A stretch of DNA of 64,000 nt from Hydrolagus affinis (GCA_012026655.1 JAAILG010000227.1:1-64000), one strand, 5' to 3'. Positions 13,310 to 26,968 are shown, counted from the stretch's first letter. The notes: generated by a model from the letters alone, not told the origin. Made by a program: numbers and translations.

Positions 13310-13727
13310 CAGGTCATAGGAGTTTCCCCCCCCCTCCCACCTTCACAATCATAACTCCAGACACCCCTTGCCTCTCTGGTGTTTTGTTTGTTCTATTCAC
13401 CACTAAACACCTCTTCTCCCCAGTTTCATTTAAACCCACCTCCTTCTGTTTCTCCCCCTGAAGTCGTTAACACATATTCAACCCATCACTCTTTTTTCCT
13501 TTTCCTTTGTCTTCTTTGTTTCCTTTGTCTTCCATGTCCTGCCTCTCCCCCTTTAAAGTCCTTAAGAAACCTCTCCCTCCAAACAAGCCCCAGTTCTGAC
13601 TAAGGGTTGTAGACCCAAAACGTTGACTCTTTTTCCTTTCTTCATGGATGCTGCCTGACCTGCTGAGTTTCCCCAGCAACTTTTGTTTTTGTTTCAGATT
13701 TCCAGCATCTGTAGTATTTTGTGTTTT
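13310..13727 (+). mobile_element. Penelope-like terminal repeat with degenerate hammerhead core
   Basis: Pyrimidine-rich leader, cagttctgactaagggttgtagacccaaaacgttgact (13591-13628), gatgctgcctgacctgctgag; flanked by ggattattattatt and ggattactattatt (possible TSD). Confidence 0.7.
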
Positions 13728-15709
13728 GGATTACTATTATTATTTGATATAGGTCCTTATCCAGACTTCGAGAGACTCAAAGTGCTTCACAAAATATAGT
13801 GTAAAGTGTAGTGATGGTCTATTTTGGAGACTTGGCTTTTGTAAAGGTACATTATTAAAGATTGGGCTAGAGTTCTCATCTGTTGATTTTACACTGAAGC
13901 CAACATCTCCTATGTGAATGCCACATTTCTTTAGCTAGATTATTTGTAGAATGGTTCAAATTTAGATTCTGAGAAAAGTAATTATATAAAACAAAATACA
14001 CCTTTCCTGTCTCCTGCAGACTGGCCTCGTTCACAATACCATCTCCAATCAAGCAAAACCCTTGTTTGTCAGTTTTATGGGCAAGGTGCCTACACTATGT
14101 TTTTCATGTGGTCCTTTGATCTTTTCAGTCTTCACTGCAGTAGTTTGTCCTGCTCCCTCTACTGGAGTCTTGGCCACACTGAATGCCAACATATTCTTCT
14201 GAAAAGACCTCCATCCCAGCAATGCTTGCAGACTCACTCACCACACTCACATGTTGATTGCTCTACAACCTTCACCTTTAAGGAGTTTTATGAGTAATAT
14301 TGGAAATCATGTGCAGTACAAACACCGTTAATATTGTGATCAGCATTTTTTTTTTACTTCTTAACTCTATTGAATGCTACTGTATTTGTTAAGCGCCAAG
14401 AAATGTGAGGAATGATAGTCCAGTAAGTGATAAATATATAGCAGGTTTATGAACTTGTGTGCTATTCAGTGATAGAAATTGAGATGTACAAAGCATGAAT
14501 TGTTCTCCAGTTGTTATTCACATGAAACAGCTGACAACTGTTGAAATGCTTCTCACACGGTTAACATTTACATAAAACCATCAAACATTAATGCACCTGG
14601 AATAGATGTGTGCAGCTGTGAAGTACATTGCAGTATTATCTTGAGACCTAGGGTGTGTAATTCACTAACTTACCGGCTAACCCTTTATCAATTGCAGTAA
14701 CCTGAGATTTTGTATAAAGTTGTGTCTCTGATTGGAAAGAACTAAATCCTATTCTTTCAATTTGGATCAATTTGGACCAGAGTGTATGTGATACCAACAA
14801 GCAATTGTGTGTTTTAAATGCATCAATGATATGGTGTATTTTATTCATTTTTATGCATTGTGTGTAAATTGGCACAAAATGATTGAAGACCCATCTGTAT
14901 GTCAATCAAATGCCCTACTATGGTGGAGCGCACACAACATAAACCTGTATTCAATTGACCCATGTAGAATTACAAATTGGTGGAATTGGTTTTGGGATGC
15001 ACAATATAACTGAAAGCCACAACAGTGATTTTAAGCCTTACAACAGTAGGACAAGAGAGGGGAGGGAAAGTTGGCTTGCTAACTGCAACAAAACAAACCT
15101 GGATCATACTGGTGGTTCTCCACAGTCAACAATTCATCCAAAAAAGGAGGAAGCCATGACTCAGGGCCAGAATGGTTTGAGACATTCATTTATCTCTGGG
15201 GACAACTGCATGAGCTTCCAACCCTAAACTTGTTATATCTTTATCGCTCACTGTAACATCCATTTTTTTATTTAGATTTATTAAGCACTCTGAGACGCTA
15301 TCCCACCTGAAGGACGCTATATAATCGCAAGCAGTAGTGCTAATGAGTGCAGCTGAAACTGCCATTCCAACAAGGTGAATATTTATTTGTAAAACTGTAA
15401 TCAGTTGCGTGCCCATCTAATCGAGATTCTTTCATCCACTCACCACAATCTGCAGTCACTAAGTAATGATGGAGTCTTATTTATGGCAATTCTTAATGGG
15501 ATTCTTCAAGGAAATACTATGGAAAGAAATCCAATTCACAAGGCTCTGAGTCCTTATTACTGTATTAACATACTGTTAAGAAATATCATAAATTAGTCTA
15601 GATAAGTGGAAATGATCATATTCCCTCAAAAAAATTGTTCACTCAATGCAAGACTGTTTGTGGGACACTGTTTGTGTACAATTGTTTTCCATGTTTCACC
15701 CACAAAATA

Positions 15710-15969
15710 CAGTTACACTCCGCTTAACGTTGCTTCAGTCAATGTTGTTTCGTTATTACGTTGTTGATACATAGGGAAACACATATTCATTTAACTTCAT
15801 GACGTTTGCTATTATGCAGTTCACGCTGGTGGAAACAAACTACTTTGGGTACTGTAGGTGTACATAGACATTGGATGTCCGGTATTCTTGCACGGGTTCG
15901 CTTAACGTCGTTTTGCTTAAAGTTGCACTTTTCGCGAATACAACTGCAATGTTAAACTAGGACTAAGTG
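15710..15969. mobile_element. Tigger/pogo-like MITE nested in a SINE 3' part (SINE about 15630-16073)
   Basis: TA at both ends; degenerate TIRs cagttacactccgcttaacgttg / caatgttaaactaggactaagtg; SINE text cccacaaaata|tacagtc resumes after it. Confidence 0.65.
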
Positions 15970-16464
15970 TATACAGTCTATTTTGCAGTACTGTACAGTA
16001 TATTCTGCGAAGCACTTTGAGATGCTTTGAAGACACAATAAGGCGCTATATCAAATGCAAGGATTATTATTATGTTTAGTGTAGCTATTGAAGAAAAGAT
16101 TGAAAATACTTGAGTATCAGTGTTCTCAATGGTTTGACAAGGACTGTGATATCTTGTAAATGTTTAGTTTTCTCACTTGAATTTAGATGTCAACTACAGT
16201 CTAGTGCTCAAACCCGTAAACACAATACATTGTGTCTTTGGGAGAGGGAACAGGGCAGGGACTATGATGTTTTTGCCAAATTAGCAGACAATTTTTGCTC
16301 TAAGGATTCAGAAATTCTAATTTAAAATTTGTAGTTCTATTTTATTCACCAATAAATTTTAGAAATAAAATATTAAATGTTCCAAGTAAGAGGTCCCTGA
16401 CTATGAGTTTGGTTTGCGATGATTTAGCCGAACTCAGCTGGTCAGCAAGTTTTTTGTTTGTTGG

Positions 16465-16645
16465 TCAGCCCGGTATCTGATACACACAGAAACCTGTCAC
16501 CAAACTGAAGAGTATCCAAACCAGACTGAGAGTTCCATGCATGCCACCTACACTTGGAAATTCCCATGTCTGGAATGGAATGCATACAGTCACCCCATAA
16601 GGATTCTTCCTCTAGCCTAATTTTAGAGATTGGGTAAGCAGGGTA
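16465..16645 (+). repeat. Unclassified dispersed repeat, copy 1 of 5
   Basis: Shared core like tctgacacatgNggaaacccatcacc...ttaagag...ccaaaccaaact also near 29125, 31995, 32605 and 55485. Confidence 0.8.
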
Positions 16646-17045
16646 AGTCTCTGGTCAACAGTTCAAGGACCACTTTTGGCCATTGAATCCCTGGACTTCA
16701 AAGTGTGCACTTATTAGTGAGAACAGGTTTGGGTTTGACTGTGTTGCTTTTACCTTTAGCCTTGTAGCCTTCCAACATTCATTGTTTGGGTTTGCAAATG
16801 AAAAATGACCACTTCGATAGGTTACTAGTGACCTTAGATCTGTAGCCCAACACAAGCTAGTGCTCTGGAGAGGAGGAAGGAGACGAGGTAGGAAAATGGA
16901 TCAAAAAGGGTCCAAATGATACCTACTAAAACTGTAGAAATGTACAGCACAGAAGAAGACCATTTGGCCTATTAATTAGATTGGGGAGGGCACATAGTGT
17001 TCCCTCCCAAACCTGTCCTCATACAATGTACACACTTACGCAGTT

Positions 17046-17309
17046 CAGGGTGAAACCTTGGGCAAGTTTCTTTACTCCACACGCCTAATAATAATCCTTC
17101 CAAAAATAACCTATAATAAAAATTTGTCATTTCAATCCACAACTGTTTGTGGGACACTGCTGTGTGCAATTGGCTGCCGTGTTTTGCCCACAAATATACA
17201 GTCAATTCACATTACAGTATATTTTGGGAAGCATTTTGAGACATCTAGAAGACGTGAAAAGCACTATATCAAAATGCAAGGATTATTATTATTATTATTA
17301 TTATTATTA
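17046..17309 (+). mobile_element. tRNA-SINE, 5'-truncated, with expanded (TTA)n tail
   Basis: ccttgggcaagtttctttactccac...aattggctgccgtg...aaatgcaaggattattattatt. Confidence 0.88.
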
Positions 17310-17429
17310 CAGCAATAGATAGCTGGATAGTGACTTGGTGCAGGAACCTGGCTGATTAGCCCCTTTCCTATGGAATCATAGAAACCTACATCATGTGCCA
17401 GTTCTTTGAAAGATCTCCCAACGAGTCCC

Positions 17430-17750
17430 AATCCCCTGTGTTCATCACATCTAGGCTCGACTATGCCAACTCCCCTCTTCTCAGCCTTCCCAATTCTTCC
17501 CTCCACAAGTTGTAGACCATTGAAAATTCTGTAGCTTGTATCCTATCCCATACCAGGCTCTATGCCTGCATCATCCCCACCCCTCCTGCCTCCACTGACT
17601 CCCTCAAGCCTCAAAAGATAGAGTTCAAAATCCTTGTCCTTGCCTTCACGGCCCTTCACAGCACTCCACGGCCTTGCCCGTCCCTACCTCTGTGATCTAC
17701 TAATACCAACCTATCCCTTCCCTCTGCTAAGCACCTTGGGACATCCTAAA
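17430..17750 (+). mobile_element. L2-clade LINE 3' fragment
   Basis: FITSRLDYANS and KIEFKILV readings, frameshifted. Confidence 0.75.
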
Positions 17751-19224
17751 TATGTAATCTTGTATTATATTTTCTGCACTGGTTTATTTAAAGAATACTT
17801 CTTTCAGTCCTATTTATCTGCTCTTTTTCTATTATCTCTGTGTTTTACTGATTTTTTTAAGATATCTATCTGGTAATACACCGCATGCGTTTTTTATTTA
17901 GTGATAATTCAGCATGTATAATCATGTGAGGAATAGGTCAAGCTTTGTATTACGATTACTAACTCTCTTTGTGGGGATGTCATTTCATATCAAATTTCGA
18001 GCTACTCCTGGTTGTTCGTGTACTCTTTTATCATTTTAAAAATTTATAAATATATTGATGACATGAATCTAAAACCAAATGCAAACAAAAATCCGCATAC
18101 AGGTTGTGCACACATTTTTTCAGGGACACTCTCTATAAAACAGTCGGGAGTAGCCCCTGTGTGCACCACATCCATGTGTATGCCCGCACACACACTGAGG
18201 AGCGTCACCTGCCGATTTTGGAAGGCGCCCCGATGTGCACCGTACACCCACATGTCTATTGTACATACATTTCTGGACGTGCTTTGGTTATCTTTCATAA
18301 TGTGCTGCTGCCAGAAAAGAACCAAAGTAACCAAAAGCTGCCTGGCAAACTCTGAAGTACGGAATATAAAGAAACTGGTATCAGGAGTGAGTACAAGAAA
18401 TTAATGTTGGGAATTAACATCTTCTGAACTTAAAATTGCTACTGTCATTACACTGAAATTGCCTATTACTCTCTCTCACAGTGGTTAAAATTATTTTAAT
18501 TTCAATAAATATAACTCATCAAAATGACCATGATAATGTTCAAGGTTGACACGTTCATGGCTTGAAGAGTTGTATATTTTTTAACCAAAATGTATTTTCA
18601 CTATTCAGCACTGCAATAATTTATCTGTTTATTTGGGTGGATAAAGCAATTTATATGTTGTTGAAGAAAATATCTGGCAACAGACCATATTGGCGTGTGT
18701 GCACCACAGAATTCTGTATTTCAAGGTCTACTCTTTAGCCTTAAATTCCAGCATCCTTAATAGATGAACACAGTGTGCTTTGTGAAACTGTGTACTGCCA
18801 GTGATCAGCAGTACTGATAATAAAGCTCCTTTTCCATTCAGCATGAAGTTTTGTCTTTATTTTGTTTTGATAATATTGTCAAGGATTTTACTTAACTAGT
18901 TCAACTTTGGCATAGATCTGCATTCTGCAGTCAAAATGTCTGCAGTCTGTGTGATAAAAGAAATGTAAAGTTGCTTAAGCTCCGCGTTTTTTGACAACTG
19001 TTATTAGTCTGCTTCCTATAGTCTCCTTCCGCCTCCATGAAGGTATTTTGTTTCATTGATTCTAGACCACTGGAATGTTTTAGATTGTTGTTTGCACCTG
19101 CCTAATGGGGACCGAAGAAACCATGTTTATAAGCCAGTAATTGTCCTTGGGCTGCTTGTCTTTTGCAGACTGCCCTGGAAGTCATTAGCACATCCAACAG
19201 CTAAGGAATTCAGAAAATCATGTA

Positions 19225-19415
19225 CAGTAAAAGCCTGTTTATCCGGCACCCTCGGGACCTGGCCAATGCCTAGGTCATATTCGGCTGAAATTTTTTTAAA
19301 AAAAATGCATTTTCCCGGATAAATTCCGGTTAATCGAATGCGGACTTTTTTTTTTGATGTGCCGGTTATACGGAAGTTACGGTTGATCGGGTGCTGGATA
19401 AATGGGCTTTTACTG
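19225..19415. mobile_element. Tigger/pogo-type MITE (191 bp)
   Basis: 27-bp TIRs cagtaaaagcctgtttatccggcaccc / gggtgctggataaatgggcttttactg (24/27 match); TA on the left and CA on the right. Confidence 0.88.
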
Positions 19416-19586
19416 CAGTATACTTTAACAACCATTTTTCAAGATCAATGTAACGTATCAAGTCTCTCTTAAATATTGTAAACTTCCTGAGCCCAGGTGG
19501 CCACAAAATATGCAGTAAATCCACTCCACAATATATTCTGTGAAGCGATTTAAGACACCTCAACAATGTGATAAAGCGCTATATCA

Positions 19587-19990
19587 ACAGCAACAAAATT
19601 ACATTTATAGAGCGCCTTTCACGTCGGTAGAGTCCCAAGGCTCTGAACAGTTAGGTCAGGACATGAGTGTGGGGGGGTGGGGAGAGGTCAGGGTAGTGGG
19701 AAGGAGAGTAGGAAAGTGGGGAAAGAGGAGGGGAGCAGAAGGCATGGTTGAAGAGGAAGGTCTTGAGGAGGAAAAAGGGAGGAAGCGAGACGAAGGGATT
19801 ACGGGGTGGAATTCCAGAGTGTGGGGGGCAGTGAGACTGAAAGCCAGGCCACTGATGCTAATGCGGTTCAGGCGGGGGACATGGAGTAGGCCAGAGCCTG
19901 CTGAATGGAGGGGACGGACAGGCTGATAGGGAGACAGCAGTTCGGAGAGATAGGCAGGGGCAATGCCGTAAATGACCTTGAAAGGCTTCA
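19587..19990 (-). mobile_element. L2-clade LINE 3' end nested in a SINE tail
   Basis: Minus frame FKVIYGIAPAYLSELLSPYQPVRPLHS...AFSLTAP; (CAA)n on the plus strand; SINE tail gctatatc|aaatgcaagg is split by it. Confidence 0.85.
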
Positions 19991-20760
19991 AATGCAAGGA
20001 TTATTATTATTACTTGTACAGACTTAATGGTCATGAAGCCAGACAACACTGCCATTCTGAGTTCATGGTTAACTTAGGCAAGGTACCAGAGGAAAACCTG
20101 TATCTGTTTAAAAAAAATCAATCCCAGCAGGAGACACGTGGGGTTGGGGTAAATGGTGGAGAAAAGTCATACCTTTGGAGCTGTAATTTAAGCAGTAGTC
20201 AAATTGTTACTGTGGAAATTTGGGCAGAGCTCTGGAGGACACACAACTATATGGAGGCATAATCCTAGCAGGAATTTGTGTCTCCTGTCAAGTGCTTTAA
20301 GAGATTTTGATAAGGTGATAAGGCACCATATCAATTGCAAAGATAGCTTATTATTTGTTGGTTTCCTTTACTAAGAGCCACTGTGGAACCATCAAGAAAT
20401 ATAGTGTACAACTCACTTCAATCCACGTGTTTATGGGACACTGCTGTGCTCAATTGGCTGCAGTATTTCACCCACAAATATACACTCAATTTGCTTTACA
20501 GTATATTCTGTGAAGCTCTTTGAGACATCTGGCAGACATGAAAAGCCCCAAACAAATGCAAGGATTATTATTATTTTATTCAACACAGTTACAATTATTA
20601 ACTATTAATAAACTAATATCAGAAATATTGAGATCTCAAAACTGCGATCAAACTTGGTATTACTGTGAGTGCAAATTAACCATTTGAGAATAAATGACTT
20701 TGAAGGCATGCTGCACTATTGATATATTTAACATGATCTTGATGTCATCCTCTCCCATAG

Positions 20761-20832
20761 GGATCTCAGCATGAACAACATCACTGAGCTGCCCGCAAGT
20801 GCCCTTTACAACCTCCACTTTCTCGAGGAGTT
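20761..20832 (+). CDS. LGR5: LGR5 exon 2 (LRR)
   Basis: cccatag acceptor, 72 nt, gtaagt donor; DLSMNNITELPASALYNLHFLEEL. Confidence 0.95.
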
Positions 20833-22769
20833 GTAAGTATTACTACACAGAACACGAATGGAATTTGTGTCCTTCAGTAAACTGGCTGTGAAATGTGACT
20901 GGAAATAACTATTTATGTCTGTGGTTAAACTAAATGGGGAAGCATTATTTGGACCTAAAAGATGCCGGAATGAACTGTGACTGATAGATCAAGTTGTTCT
21001 CAACATGTTGAAGCTTTTTTAAAGAGTTGGTTTTTCAGTAACTACATTTTTTCTTCTCTTGTGTGTTTGAGACAGAACAGTAAACAGTGTTAAAATTTAG
21101 AATTCTGCCTCTTATAAAATCCATGAAAATACAATTCTATAATCAAAATGAATAGAACATGGCCCAATTTACACTTAATTAAATGCTTCAGATTTAATTG
21201 ATGATATTGTAGAACGGCTAATTGCCGTTTCCACAAAACACCAAAGTGTAAAACATAAAGCCCAAAGAGCAACCTATTATGTCCTCATGGTTCTCTGCTT
21301 TGCTCTCCTTTGATTACTATTGTTGTGCTTTGACAGATTTGGCAAATCACTGTTATGTATTTTGAGAATACTGCTCACTAGATCCGCACGTTGCATTGTG
21401 AAATGCCACTTTGTTTCAATACTATTCCAATTCTGTACTTCTCTCTATTCCCCTTAAAATACTGTGCTGTGGCTACGATTCCATGGCACCAGCAGTATTC
21501 TAGTCTTTTATCCAAGTGGTCATTCCTCACTTGCAAACCTGACCTGGAAGTGTTAGCAAATCACCCAACCAAATGATTGCTACATACAATTATACTTTAC
21601 ATTATCGCTACACAAACATAGTCTATTAATGGTCACTAGAGAGTGATCAGTTAATTAACCAAGTTTTAATGGAATTTACTGAACCCTTGTCCTTGCTTAC
21701 AGAATGGCCTATGTGACAAAACTGGTACACACACACCATTAAATTAATAGGCAGATGCACTCCTGAAAATGTTGTTAAATTGTTGGGTCATTCTCAAAAC
21801 AGAAACCATTAGAAACCAAGACAAAAACATGAAATGTAGGTAGTTGGCTGTTTTTCTGTTGTACGGCTTGCTTATCACAAATAGGAAAGTCCGAGCAGAG
21901 GACACTACTTAAACAATGTTGGTTGAAATAACAGCCTGAAACTATTAGTTCTGTTTTATTGGCAGAAGACTGGCAGCAGTAGAGATTGGAAGCTGAAGTA
22001 GAAAATCTTGCCCCAAAATGGCGGAGTTAGGATTGCTTTATATTCCATGCCCAATTTCCGTTAAACAAAAAATAGAAAGTGGGTATTTTAACAAAGAATG
22101 GCTTAGTGTATTGTGCAAGTTAATCCAATGGTATACTTTGTTTTAACCACAATTATTGTTTACCACATAAAGGCAGGTGTTTTAAGAAATTGAAATAGAT
22201 ACCAGCAAGCATTCATTCAGATTAGTTAACAGCTTTGCTTCTCTGAACAATAAAATATCAGACTGAATTGCTTACAGGCTTCAAATAACACCTGTTCTAC
22301 AAAATGCACTGTAGACAGAGTTAGAATTATTCTCAAATCGCATTGGACACCATGAGCAAGTACATTGAAAGCGACATTTATACACACTGACCCAGCAAAG
22401 AACTACCGTACGCACAATACATTTGAATTGCTTTGAATAAAGCAATTTCTTCTGAACGTCCATGTCGATTTCCTTAAACTTTGGAGATCAGCTTTTCAAG
22501 TGAAGCACTTTTCATTACTTCGAAAGCAATCTGACTGCAACAAAAAGCTGTAACTGTAAATACCTACCCATTACTAAAGCTATTTACATTTGCAAACACT
22601 TTTAAGATTGGATAACATGCGTTTTGCAATAAAGTTATAATTCAGTGCAACCAAGCAGTACTTGTGTTCTGAATCCTGATTATAAAAGGTATTCCGAGTG
22701 GCATTATAAAATTGAGTACATGGTCATGTAGTGCTTTGATGTGGAGTCCTCCTCAACAAATCTCTACCT

Positions 22770-23035
22770 AAGTGATTGTCTAGGCATTCAGCATCTCTGC
22801 CCCCACACACCGAAACTCTATCCAGCAATCCCTGCTTCTCACTCCCTCTCTAGCATCCTTCAAGTCCTGTCTGAAAACCTTCCTCTTCATGCCTTCGGCC
22901 ACCCGCCCAACCCCACACCACTGATCCCCCGCTCTCTTCCCCTTCTCCCAGCTCCGGTCCCAAACCCTTGATTGCCCAGCACTCTGGGACATCTTTGCAA
23001 TGTGAAGGGTGCTATACAAGTGTCATTGGTTGTTG
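22770..23035 (+). mobile_element. L2-clade LINE 3' end
   Basis: gcattcagcatctctgcccc...aaaaccttcctcttc...gctatacaagtgtcattggttgttg. Confidence 0.75.
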
Positions 23036-23648
23036 TCAACAAGGAAATGTTGGGAAGGTGTTGCTTGGTGCATGTCAACTTATGGGTATTTTCCTTCAAA
23101 CAGTTTCATGCAGTTAATTCAACAAAAATATGTCTCCTTTTCTATGTGTTTAAATAAGCCGAGAGAAAGATTATTACTCACTCCAACATGGTTCAACAAG
23201 TGCACTGTTGCAATATGTGGCCAACAAGCAATTGTCTGTTCCGGTGGATTTTACCACTGAATTATAAATTAAGTAAGTAACGATAAAAATCGTTTAGTCC
23301 TGTGGGGATTCTGAAGAGATGTTGGCAGCCCTTTGTAAACCTAATAATCTTGATTGCTTTGCACAGATGGATTTGTTTTTCCTGAAGAAGCAGGCAAGCT
23401 TCCAGGGCCACATTATACATTACAGACGTTAACAATGCTGACACCATCAAACTGTGTAGTTTTCATGTAGTTTATCATCACTCCAAATAGAACCTCATTT
23501 TCACTGATAGAAAAATGTTTCCATCCTGCATTGCGTTCCGAAATCCCCAGGTAAACATTTCTGGTCATTTTTCCCCGATTAATGAAAACTAATGTCCAAA
23601 TTTGCAGTCTATGTGTTCACTATAACAAAAGTAAACTTCACTATACGA

Positions 23649-23649
<1 letters not shown>

Positions 23650-23687
<38 letters not shown>
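23650..23687. repeat. (TA)19 microsatellite
   Basis: Direct reading. Confidence 0.95.
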
Positions 23688-23690
<3 letters not shown>

Positions 23691-25454
23691 TTTATTGAAA
23701 GTGCCATTCTGCATTTTTTTAAAAAAGTTTACAACAAATACCTTTAGATTTTTTCTATTAAGAAATTAACTGGTTGTCAAAGGTTTGCACTTGATATGGT
23801 TATAATATCAATTTACCATATTACTTGGTAATATCAGATTACCAAGAAGAATGCACCACAAAATGTTCAAATCACACACTTTTGATATTTTGGCAAATAT
23901 TTCCAACATTGACTGAACCTGATGGAGCTGTGGTGTAAAGTATCCAATGAGCTAATCGGCATACCACCTGAAGATATGGTGAATATCAGGAATAACAGAA
24001 AGAATTCTCATGAACAGAAAATGGGCAGCTCAAGTAAGTGAGTCTGAGCACAGACAGCATTGATCTAATTTGCAGAGTCTGAATGTAGAGCAGAGGCTAT
24101 GACACCAAATCAATTGAATGTAGAGGAAAGGAAAGCCTTTGTGAATTGAGTAGCTATATTGAATTGATTACTGTAGACTTATGGCAAAATCACTTTCTGG
24201 ATGTACAACACAGAATTGATGGCCTATTCTTATTTGGAAACCGTGTCATCGACGCCAATTGCTCTGCTCAGAATCTTTATATCCAATGAGCCATAGAATT
24301 TAGTCTGATCCTTAATTACTAGGATCCTGAGTTACCATGTTTATTTGAACCTAAAGTGACTTGAATTTAGGTAGCTGTCGGGGCGCATTGGAATAGAAGT
24401 GGGAGGATGAACTTTACTGCAATTCTAAGATCCCATCTATTCTAAGTTGTACCCTGATCTCGGAAGTACGTTTTTAATGAAACCAAACTGTGCCTTAGAT
24501 TTGAACAAATGTAGAGAATTAAAGAAAAAGAATTCTGTAAGTGCTGTTGATTTGAAGTCATCATTCATCCTTTTTCAACCACCCGGATGACTCTTCCATT
24601 TCAGAGGCTTTCAACATCAGCACCATCAATCATCACATCCAAAGAGGATGGGGAGGAAATCATTACAGCTATTAAACACCCAAGAGGCCTAATACCAGGA
24701 ATGTCCACTGAACTTACTTAAAAAAATGGGTTCTTTAGGCTTTCATCTGAATCCTAGCGTGGCACATTATCAACAAGGATTGTGAGTTGCTTTAGGAGAC
24801 TCTCACATCTTGAGCTTTCAAAGGACAGAAAGTATAATAAATAATAATCCTTACATTTAATAAAGCACCTTTGACATCAGGAAGGCATCTCAGTGCTTCA
24901 CAGAACAAGCTGAAAAGTTTAGCAATTGTACTTGTAGCTAAACCAGGAATATACTAAGGAATGATATATTTGAACTCAAACTTCTCTTCCATTGTAATAT
25001 TCAAGGTATTGCAAGTAATTAATGAAACTAGTATAACGTTGGTTGAGTGTTGTCCTCCCGCCATTTTCCTCCATGCGGTTTTCAAGATGTTGTTATGCAG
25101 TCGTCCATTCAGGTAAGTAAAACTATCTGGAATATTGGTAGCTTCCTTGGGTTTAACCATATGTTGATGTGCCGCTCCATGCCAAGCAGGTAGCACTTGC
25201 TTGGCCGATGCACCCACTATCAAGTTTTCTCCTTTTTTGTATTTATTATTAATCTGTGCTAAAATCTCAATCTTGTCTGTTTGAAATGGAAAGTTGCATA
25301 AAAGAATTTCTGTTCTCATTCCATCAGATCTTGTCCAGTTTTGAAAGGAGACCTTTTTTTTAGGAGAATTTAAAGATATATAATGCATATATGTATATAA
25401 GTGTATATATAAGTGGGATTGAGAAGTAAATACCAAACAATAATTTCACTTGCA

Positions 25455-25760
25455 CTGACAACAGAGCAAGAGGACACAGGCTGAGGACTGCAAAGGAAAT
25501 TTCAGGTCAGACACCACTGGAAGAGTTTGTTCACCTAACGTGAAAGGTGCTATATCAAATTGAAGGATTATTAGTATTTATTCTTTCAGAGGATCATTAA
25601 CAACTGGAATATGTTACAGGGAAGGGTAGTTGAGGTCAGGCCACTGGACTAATTTTAAAAAAAAATAGCTTGATGTTGTAATGGGAGGACAGTAGGGTTG
25701 GTATTCCGAAAGGAAGAGATCTAATGGGCCAAAGGGATTTTTTCATTTGAATCACTCTTA
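25455..25760 (+). mobile_element. CR1-like LINE 3' fragment
   Basis: agaggacacagg...aactggaatatgtta...gtagttgagg...ttttaaaaaaaaatagcttgat...atgggccaaa; a related copy lies at about 40290-40700. Confidence 0.6.
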
Positions 25761-26968
25761 CAATTGTTCTCTTCCTGTTTAAGAATGTTCAAGTTAATAA
25801 TCATTGCAGTTGATATAGAACCTTTCATGTTGGGACGATGTCTCAAATGACTTCATAGGATTTACTATAAAGTTCAGTGACATGTATATTTTGTACTTGA
25901 ATGTGCAGTGACTGTATTTTTGAACAGCAAAGGCTCAAGACAGATTTTGTTTCAGTAGCTGCATGAGCATAAAGAAAGAATCCAAATTTGGTATGGAACA
26001 AATGCTGAATATTTATTTAATTTGAGTGCATGTTGAATTATTTCACCTGAATTTATTACACTAGTTCATGTGAAATATGCTATTGTTTTACTTCAAACTC
26101 GCCAGAAAGGAGTGTTTCCTATCAAGTTTCCCATGTAGAAATATTGCACACCATTACTTTACTTGTACACTTAAGGACTGACTTCATGCGATTTAAATTG
26201 ATGCCTGATTTCAGATCCTGTGCTAAAACAAATCACTCCTGCTGGCTTCAAGTCAGTTTTCTGCTATTCAATTAAAGAATATTTTGCCTCCAAGACTAAT
26301 AACTGTTGTAATATTTTTCTTTTCTCCTTATCTCTCTGGGGAACCACACTGGAGTGGATTTGCATTCTTCCCATCACAATGGAAAAAATGTGGCAAATTT
26401 CCTTTGTTAGAATTATTTGCACCTTAATAAAGTCCCTTGATACAGAAAATGAATATGGTTTCTTTATGAAAACCTCATGCGTGGTTATAACTGAATCAGG
26501 CTTCAAGTTGATCCAAAAGTGATTTGTTCGAATGTAATATATCAAGTTTAAACTTAAGGTTTCTACTGCTTGCTACATTTCTTTGTTATGCCCCAAATTA
26601 TATTTTGGCATGAGTTTGAGAAGAAATCTGATACTGAAATATCAAGCATCTGGCAATTGATCGTAAAAAGAATAATCTCGCATTTGATATAGAACTCTGT
26701 CACGTTGTCAAGACATCTCAAAACACTTCACAGGATTTTTTAATGTGAAGTGCAGGGACAGTATTTTGTAGGTGAGATTGAGGCGAATTTGAACACAGCA
26801 ATGTCTCACCAACGTCATGAAGTGAATTGAATGACTCATGTAAAATGAACACGCTCTGCACTGATGGCAGGGTGCACCCTGTTCGGGTCTGTTTGAACTG
26901 GTATTATTACTTTCTGGTATTAACTTTAGTTGTGAATTTATGAAATGTTTATTTGTAAATTGGAGAAG

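Noticed and set aside
24954-25436. 160-aa minus-strand ORF as a nested gene
   Set aside because: Largely AT-rich low-complexity sequence with no recognisable domain; at most a decayed LINE fragment (SFTYL-like motif)
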